Shown: positions 58,925 through 64,000 of the stretch, one piece after another
Layout of the letters: every line of letters begins with the position of its first letter
Numbering within the stretch: the stretch's first letter is position 1
Source of the DNA: Pseudomonadota bacterium
Lineage (GTDB): Bacteria > Bdellovibrionota_B > Oligoflexia > Silvanigrellales > Silvanigrellaceae
DNA length: 64,000 bases
Reading direction: 5' to 3'
NCBI GenBank assembly: GCA_039799905.1
Contig: JBDLRP010000006.1
Span: forward strand, 1-64,000
Made by a program: the position numbers and the translations under genes
The notes under the pieces: model-generated
Told to the model about the DNA's origin: nothing
Seen by the model: only the letters and a program-made list of their open reading frames with translations
Database searches by the model: none

Positions 58925-59260
58925 TTACTTGAGCTGCGAAATCGGCACAACCTCGAACTGACCAGCAGCCCTGTCGACGAGAATCGTGACGGTCTGGCTC
59001 ACTTTGTCGATCATGTAAGGATAGTCGCCACGCGCCTGGCCAAACTTGTTGTCCAGCCAAAGCTTCACCGCCGCCGACACCTTGACGTCGGTCAGTGTCA
59101 TTTCGAGTTCAACGGTCTTGCCCTGCTCTTGATACGAGAGCTTCTTCGGAGGCGGAACGTTGATGACGATACTTCCGGCGAAGGCGCTTGCACTGCAAAC
59201 AGCCTGAGCAATCACAATCCCTGTCACCACAACGCGAAGCACTGGATTAAGCTTTGTCAT
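58925..59260 (-). CDS. Small exported hypothetical protein
   Basis: GGAGG SD; signal peptide ending ASAFA. Confidence 0.7.
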   Translation of the reverse strand: MTKLNPVLRVVVTGIVIAQAVCSASAFAGSIVINVPPPKKLSYQEQGKTVELEMTLTDVKVSAAVKLWLDNKFGQARGDYPYMIDKVSQTVTILVDRAAGQFEVVPISQLK

Positions 59261-59801
59261 GACGCGTGATCCTCCCCGAAATAATAAGGTCAAAGGCGGT
59301 GTTCTGTTCACCGGACTCCGCCACTCCCGGATTCGAAGCGTGTTTCAAAATGACCTGACGCAAATCTTCGAGCAGGGCTTCCGAGGCCCGCACACTCTCT
59401 CCCAAGCCGTGGTAGTAACAGTAAAGGCTGTTTTGGGGAGTGTCGCTCATCGAAGCAACCTTGGACAACGCAGTTGCGCGATCGGCGGCAACCTGGGCGG
59501 CTGACAACGAATCATGGCCCATGAATTCAAGACCACTGACAAGCGCTTCGTATCCACAGGCACGAGTTTTCGATGCCTTGATAGCTTCATTTTGAAGCAA
59601 AAGCGGGACGTGCAGGTTTTCAATATAAAGCTGCACAATTTCGGGTTCGCCCGAATGTGCCAGCAAAACACCCGTGTGTAGCGGGCGGTCGGCAACGATG
59701 TTGTGAAAAACCTCGATGAGCTCCGGATGATGCTTGATGAAGCGATAAAGCTGCGCATGAGCCTCTTCGCTTATCAACATTTTAGGCAACGAATTTGTCA
59801 C
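59247..59801 (-). CDS. Hypothetical protein
   Basis: GGAGG SD before the GTG start; 184 aa; overlaps the next gene. Confidence 0.7.
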   Translation of the reverse strand: MTNSLPKMLISEEAHAQLYRFIKHHPELIEVFHNIVADRPLHTGVLLAHSGEPEIVQLYIENLHVPLLLQNEAIKASKTRACGYEALVSGLEFMGHDSLSAAQVAADRATALSKVASMSDTPQNSLYCYYHGLGESVRASEALLEDLRQVILKHASNPGVAESGEQNTAFDLIISGRITRHDKA

Positions 59802-59952
59802 GAGATTCCCTCCGCACGTCCGTTGTTAATTGGCCGGTCGACCAAACTTGTAACATTCACACTACCACCCTGCAAGTCCTGCCGCCATAATTTTCTCGCC
59901 GTTGGCAAACCGATTTCAAAAAAAAATGCGAGTCATCGGACCCGCATAAAAT

Positions 59953-60642
59953 TCACCGTCGCATCAATTCAAAATGGGTGAAGTAATGCTTGAGCAGCTC
60001 ACGCAATCGCTCAATAATCTGCTGTGACTGCGCGTCGTCGCCTTTGGGTTTGCGCCAATCGATGTAGTCCTCAAGAACTTGCCGCTCGAATCTCAGCCGT
60101 GTGTCGTAGGGCAACTGACAGAGCAATCCGCCCAGTCGCACCCACCAGCGGACGCGTCGCGGCATCAGCGGCTCGAGGGTTTCGTCGCTCCGGCGCCCCC
60201 CAACCTGTTGCGCGCGCTCATCAGGAAATACTGGATTTTCGAGAACTTGCAAAAACAGTTCACGCTCTTCGATCGAGACTTCTGCAAAATGGGCAAGGAG
60301 TTTTTCTTGCCATGGGTCCAGCTGGGCACCGCCCTGTAAGTCAGATTCCATCGCCGCAAGCCGAGCGAGAAACTGAGTCAGCTCCATACCCTCGAGGTCT
60401 GCGATACGCAGGAGAAGGTCGAGGGCAATTCCCTTGGAATTGTCGGTCGTGTTTTGTTCATATTCCCGATATCGATTGAGCGAGAGTCCAAGTCTGCCCG
60501 CCATTTCACTTTGAGTGAGTCCCTCGCGTGCCCTGAAGCTCGACAGAAAACGGGCTATCCCTTCCAGATAGCCTGCCAGTCGCGGGTGTGAGGGTAAGCT
60601 CGACATGGTTTTTGAGAGCCTCTCGATCTTCTGTGCGGTCAA
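59953..60642 (-). CDS. XRE-family HTH transcriptional regulator with uncharacterised C-terminal domain
   Basis: RAREGLTQSEMAGRLGLSLNRYREYE. Confidence 0.8.
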   Translation of the reverse strand: MTAQKIERLSKTMSSLPSHPRLAGYLEGIARFLSSFRAREGLTQSEMAGRLGLSLNRYREYEQNTTDNSKGIALDLLLRIADLEGMELTQFLARLAAMESDLQGGAQLDPWQEKLLAHFAEVSIEERELFLQVLENPVFPDERAQQVGGRRSDETLEPLMPRRVRWWVRLGGLLCQLPYDTRLRFERQVLEDYIDWRKPKGDDAQSQQIIERLRELLKHYFTHFELMRR

Positions 60643-60707
60643 TCCGTCATGACTTCTGTCACCCGTTTAATCATGCCCATCTTGAGCTGTCTAGCAAGTG
60701 TCCCGTA

Positions 60708-60750
60708 CGCTTGATTGAGCAAGAGTGTGCTGAACCCTCCGAATCAAGCG
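60708..60750. repeat. 9-bp inverted repeat between the divergent HTH and murU genes
   Basis: CGCTTGATT-N25-AATCAAGCG. Confidence 0.4.
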
Positions 60751-60778
60751 GGCTGAATTAGATTGGGGAGTCTTGAAT

Positions 60779-62131
60779 ATGCAACAAAAGGAACTTCAGG
60801 GAATCGTCTTGTGCGCAGGCCTAGGCACCCGACTTAGGCCACTGACGTCGGTCGTTCCCAAACCCGCCGTTCCAGTCGGTCCGGTGCCGGCAGCGCTCAG
60901 AAACATAGAACAAATGCTGGATTCAGGAATGTCCCTGGTTCACTGCAACACGCATTACCTGGCCCAAGAGCTCGAGAACGAGCTGCAGGCTGCGTGTCTG
61001 TCGCGATCCATCAGTCCCGATAGAATCAGATTTTGGAACGAGACCGATTTGTTAGAAACGGGTGGTGGCATTGCACGCATCGTGCATGCACTTGCAAGTG
61101 AAAAGGGGCGTTCCGAGATTCCTGACACCATGGTGGTCTCGGGCGATATCGTTGCTGACATCCCTATTGAGAAGATGAGAGAACTCTGGAGCGGGCGGGA
61201 GTCAAGTTGCACGACACTCATGGTCAGTCTTCCGCTCGACAGACCCAGAAAGGACGTCACTTGGGTGGATTTGGAAAACCGACGCGTACGCGGTTTTGGC
61301 ACAGACTTTGATGAGGCGACCGCCAACTCGCGCGGACTCAGCGCACGGGTTTTTTCAAATCATCAGATTCTTTCGGGGACCATTCTCGAACGGCAGGGCA
61401 TCGAAAAAAAATCCAGCATAGATTTGTTTTACAGAAGCGCGCTGCGTTTGGGTGAAGAGATAATTCATCTGCCGTGGAGCCCAAACGCACAGTGGTTCGA
61501 CATCGGAACTCCCGCGTCCTATTTGCACTGCGCAAGCTTGCTTAAGCAACCCATGACCCCACGCATGAGTGATCACAGCTTGAGCAGAATTTCTCTTCTT
61601 TTGCCTTCCTCTGAAGACATCGAAAGTGATCAGGCAGACAACCCAAGCATGATCAGACACGATCGTCCGAGAGCAGGAGTGAATAGCTTTGCGCAGTTTT
61701 GCCTACGCAAGACAACGCAAGATTCAAAATGGTGCTGGCTGGGTGAACTGCACTCTCTGACTGCTCAGCTGGCCGCCGCACTCGATCTCATCTTATGCTC
61801 TGCTCTTTCTGATGGTGTGTCCGGAAAAGGACCAGATGATTCCGCTCAGGGGGATTATTTCTTACACACTCTGGAGGATTTCTCTCTCCAGCGGCCTACG
61901 GCCTCGATGCATGCCCCGCTTGATCTTTCGAGGCTTGAAAATTGTGAGGGTTTCCTCACTGCCAGATTGCCTTCAACTCACACTTCATTCGCCCGGCTGC
62001 AGACCCCGCTCCTCGTATCGCTCGATCTTCTTCTCGGGGCCGGCACTCGCCTCACTCACAACTCGCTCAGTCAAGACTCTCTTTCACAATTCTGGATTCT
62101 CTTCATTCCGCAGAAGCTGTCAGCTGGCTGA
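60779..62131 (+). CDS. murU: Sugar-phosphate nucleotidyltransferase (MurU-like) with long C-terminal extension
   Basis: LCAGLGTRLRPLT..PKP, NTHYL, LETGGG, SGDI, WFDIGTP. Confidence 0.75.
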   Translation: MQQKELQGIVLCAGLGTRLRPLTSVVPKPAVPVGPVPAALRNIEQMLDSGMSLVHCNTHYLAQELENELQAACLSRSISPDRIRFWNETDLLETGGGIARIVHALASEKGRSEIPDTMVVSGDIVADIPIEKMRELWSGRESSCTTLMVSLPLDRPRKDVTWVDLENRRVRGFGTDFDEATANSRGLSARVFSNHQILSGTILERQGIEKKSSIDLFYRSALRLGEEIIHLPWSPNAQWFDIGTPASYLHCASLLKQPMTPRMSDHSLSRISLLLPSSEDIESDQADNPSMIRHDRPRAGVNSFAQFCLRKTTQDSKWCWLGELHSLTAQLAAALDLILCSALSDGVSGKGPDDSAQGDYFLHTLEDFSLQRPTASMHAPLDLSRLENCEGFLTARLPSTHTSFARLQTPLLVSLDLLLGAGTRLTHNSLSQDSLSQFWILFIPQKLSAG

Positions 62132-63281
62132 ATTCACCTTCGACCGAAACGACTGATTCATCACTTGTGCCGGTTTCATTGTCGGCGTTCTCATCACTGT
62201 CTTTGCCTTGCGTTTCGAGTTCTGCTTCGTTCTCGTCCTTGATGGCAACTTTGCTTGTTGCGCGGTAGGTCAGGACCATTCCAACACGGATTCTGTCGGG
62301 ATTGAGCACCTGCGGATTTTCTTTCCAGAGGGCGCGCCATGCACCTTGGGTTCCGTAGAATTTCGCAGCGAGCCGAGACAGTGTGTCGCCTTTGCTGACC
62401 GTGTATGCCTGACGGTTACCAATTTCATATTTCTCGGCAAACGCTTTGGAAGAGTCGTCCAGAGTGAAGTAAATGACATCTCCGGGGTAAATCTTGTTCG
62501 CGTCTGCCAGTCCGTTTTCTGCCTGAAGCGCCTTCCACTTCTTGCGTGAGCCATAGATCTTCTGGGCGATGGCACCGAGCGTGTCGCCACGCATCACGTA
62601 GTAGGCCATTTTGGAGCCCATTTCCGGAAGTGCAGTGGGTCCGGTGGGTGCGGCAGCTGACGCTGAATCACCGGCCGGAGCAACGGCAGGCTGGCTGGCC
62701 ACGCTAGCATCTACCGGAACAGGAGCTGCCTCGGTGGGCGCTGCTGCTGCAGTACCTGGGTCATAGGGAGCAGCGTTCGACGGAACCGCTTCGGAATTTG
62801 CGGGAGATGCAAATGGATTGCCTGCGTTGGCATCCGCAGCAGCTGCTGGGTTGCTGGCCTCCATGGGTGGCGGCTCCGCTGCAGCGTTTCCGTTCACTTC
62901 AGCATTGATTGCACCGCCACCATCTTCTGCTGGGGCAGTGTTCGTGGCACCGCCTTGCTCGTTGGCAATCGCATTGTTGAGCTCGTTGCCAATTGGATTA
63001 TTCGAAGCTGCGGCCTCGCCTTCGGGTTTGGCCGTGTTCGCGTTCTCTGTGTTGGCGTTGGCGGCGGCAGCATTACCGTTCTCAGCAGCCTCGCCATTGG
63101 CGTTGGAACCAGCATTGTTGCCCGACGCTGCTTCCTCACCGGCTGTTGCACCCTCGAGTGCCGGGTTGGGCGACTCGTCACCTGATGAACTGCAGGCTAT
63201 CGGTCCGACGGCAAGAAAAATTGCCGCAACTGCCGGAAGCAGATAACTTCTCATTTTGGAGAGCGGTCGAAAACGCATCAT
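62103..63281 (-). CDS. LysM-domain lipoprotein with long Ala/Asn/Pro-rich linker
   Basis: Lipobox GPIAC; two LysM repeats (YYVMRGDTLGAIA, YTVSKGDTLSRLA). Confidence 0.88.
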   Translation of the reverse strand: MMRFRPLSKMRSYLLPAVAAIFLAVGPIACSSSGDESPNPALEGATAGEEAASGNNAGSNANGEAAENGNAAAANANTENANTAKPEGEAAASNNPIGNELNNAIANEQGGATNTAPAEDGGGAINAEVNGNAAAEPPPMEASNPAAAADANAGNPFASPANSEAVPSNAAPYDPGTAAAAPTEAAPVPVDASVASQPAVAPAGDSASAAAPTGPTALPEMGSKMAYYVMRGDTLGAIAQKIYGSRKKWKALQAENGLADANKIYPGDVIYFTLDDSSKAFAEKYEIGNRQAYTVSKGDTLSRLAAKFYGTQGAWRALWKENPQVLNPDRIRVGMVLTYRATSKVAIKDENEAELETQGKDSDENADNETGTSDESVVSVEGEFSQLTASAE

Positions 63282-63343
63282 TGCCGGATACCCTCATGAA
63301 GGATTCCAATGTTAAGACACCAGTCCCAACACCATTTGCTGAT

Positions 63344-63370
63344 GGTTCGGCGTCTCTCTAAAAAGCTTTA
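63344..63370 (-). promoter_or_regulatory. Sigma-28 (FliA)-like promoter for the LysM gene
   Basis: TAAA-GCTTTTTAGAGAGAC(15 nt)-GCCGAACC. Confidence 0.6.
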
Positions 63371-63444
63371 AAGCCTTTGCGTAAATTTTTGGCATCTCGA
63401 ATTGCCCGCCGCCAAAGATCTGACTCAAGGCCACCGGAGGCGGA

Positions 63445-64000
63445 ATGGACCAGTTCAATCACATCACGGTTTTGCTGCAGGAAACTATCAATCTTGTATC
63501 GGCAAACTTTGCATCTTCTCTTGCCACGCGAAAATCTCAAATATGGGCAGACTGCACTCTCGGCGGTGCCGGACACACGCTCGCCCTGTTCGACCGCTTT
63601 GCGGAGACGCTTCGAAATGCGGAACACACGGATTGTCGCATCGAACATCTGTGCTGTGACCAGGATCCCGTTGCTCTGGAGGTAGCCGGACAGCGCCTTC
63701 GCCAATGGAAAGAACGTCATGGCGAGCTTGCAGCAAACATCACCGTCACGCTGCTTCCCATCAACTTTCGCGATCTTTCGAGTTGGCTGAGAGAAAACAG
63801 ACCATCACAAAAAGTCAGTGGTCTGATCGCAGACTTTGGCGTCAGCTCTCCACAGATAGACTCGGCAGAACGGGGTTTTTCATTTCTTCGTGAAGGTCCG
63901 CTCGACATGCGCATGAACACAGAGGGCTACACGACGGCGCACAGCATTCTGACGACTTGGGAAGCCGACGAACTGCAAAGAATCTTCTCCGACTATGGGG
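63445..64000 (+). CDS. rsmH: 16S rRNA C1402 N4-methyltransferase RsmH (MraW), 3' end runs off the window
   Basis: Not in the ORF track. GGAGG SD then MDQFNHITVLLQE, DCTLGGAGH, DQD, ADFGVSSPQID, RGFSF, GPLDMRM. Confidence 0.95.
   Translation, partial: MDQFNHITVLLQETINLVSANFASSLATRKSQIWADCTLGGAGHTLALFDRFAETLRNAEHTDCRIEHLCCDQDPVALEVAGQRLRQWKERHGELAANITVTLLPINFRDLSSWLRENRPSQKVSGLIADFGVSSPQIDSAERGFSFLREGPLDMRMNTEGYTTAHSILTTWEADELQRIFSDYG

Noticed and set aside
63389..63405. Sigma-54 promoter for rsmH (TTGGCATCTCGAATTGC)
   Set aside because: GG-to-GC spacing is 11 nt rather than the required 10.
63358..63920. Short ORFs on both strands at the window end
   Set aside because: They overlap the truncated rsmH frame starting at 63445.
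1..64000. CRISPR arrays, tRNA/rRNA genes, IS elements, prophage
   Set aside because: No regularly spaced repeats, cloverleaf motifs, transposase, integrase or phage structural genes were seen by eye; intergenic gaps are short.

Overview
About 64 kb of gene-dense bacterial core chromosome with moderate GC (about 53%, estimated by eye). The gene repertoire suggests a Bdellovibrionota/Oligoflexia-like or other former-Deltaproteobacteria genome; this is inference from split gcvPA/gcvPB, a DUF6178-like protein, ntrYX, a transpeptidase-only PBP and many exported orphans. Recognisable content: glycine cleavage operon, ppa, SWIM-SNF2 helicase, bactofilin, beta-oxidation enzymes, ribH-nusB, DnaJ, Slt, tatB, DsbA, metK, RNase P RNA (rnpB), ntrY/ntrX, two convergent isocitrate dehydrogenases, RluA, coaE, era-rnc-mnmA, MBL hydrolase, DnaQ-like exonuclease, SurA, a UvrA paralogue, amgK, murU, a LysM lipoprotein and the start of rsmH. 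I saw no rRNA, tRNA, CRISPR array, IS or prophage. Best leads: (1) a UvrA paralogue with one whole composite ATPase site degenerate and no insertion domain, next to a TPR-EVE-like gene and near a DnaQ fused to a degenerate UvrC-type GIY-YIG domain; (2) a free-standing copy of the Thermus-type IDH C-terminal domain behind an NAD-type IDH that faces an NADP-type IDH; (3) exactly spaced sigma-28 (FliA)-like promoters in front of non-flagellar genes, including a tandem pair before an orphan; (4) a small ribbon-helix-helix-like protein with a Q/N/G/R-rich tail; (5) a three-gene cassette separating amgK from murU. All family calls come from recognising motifs by eye, with no database searches.
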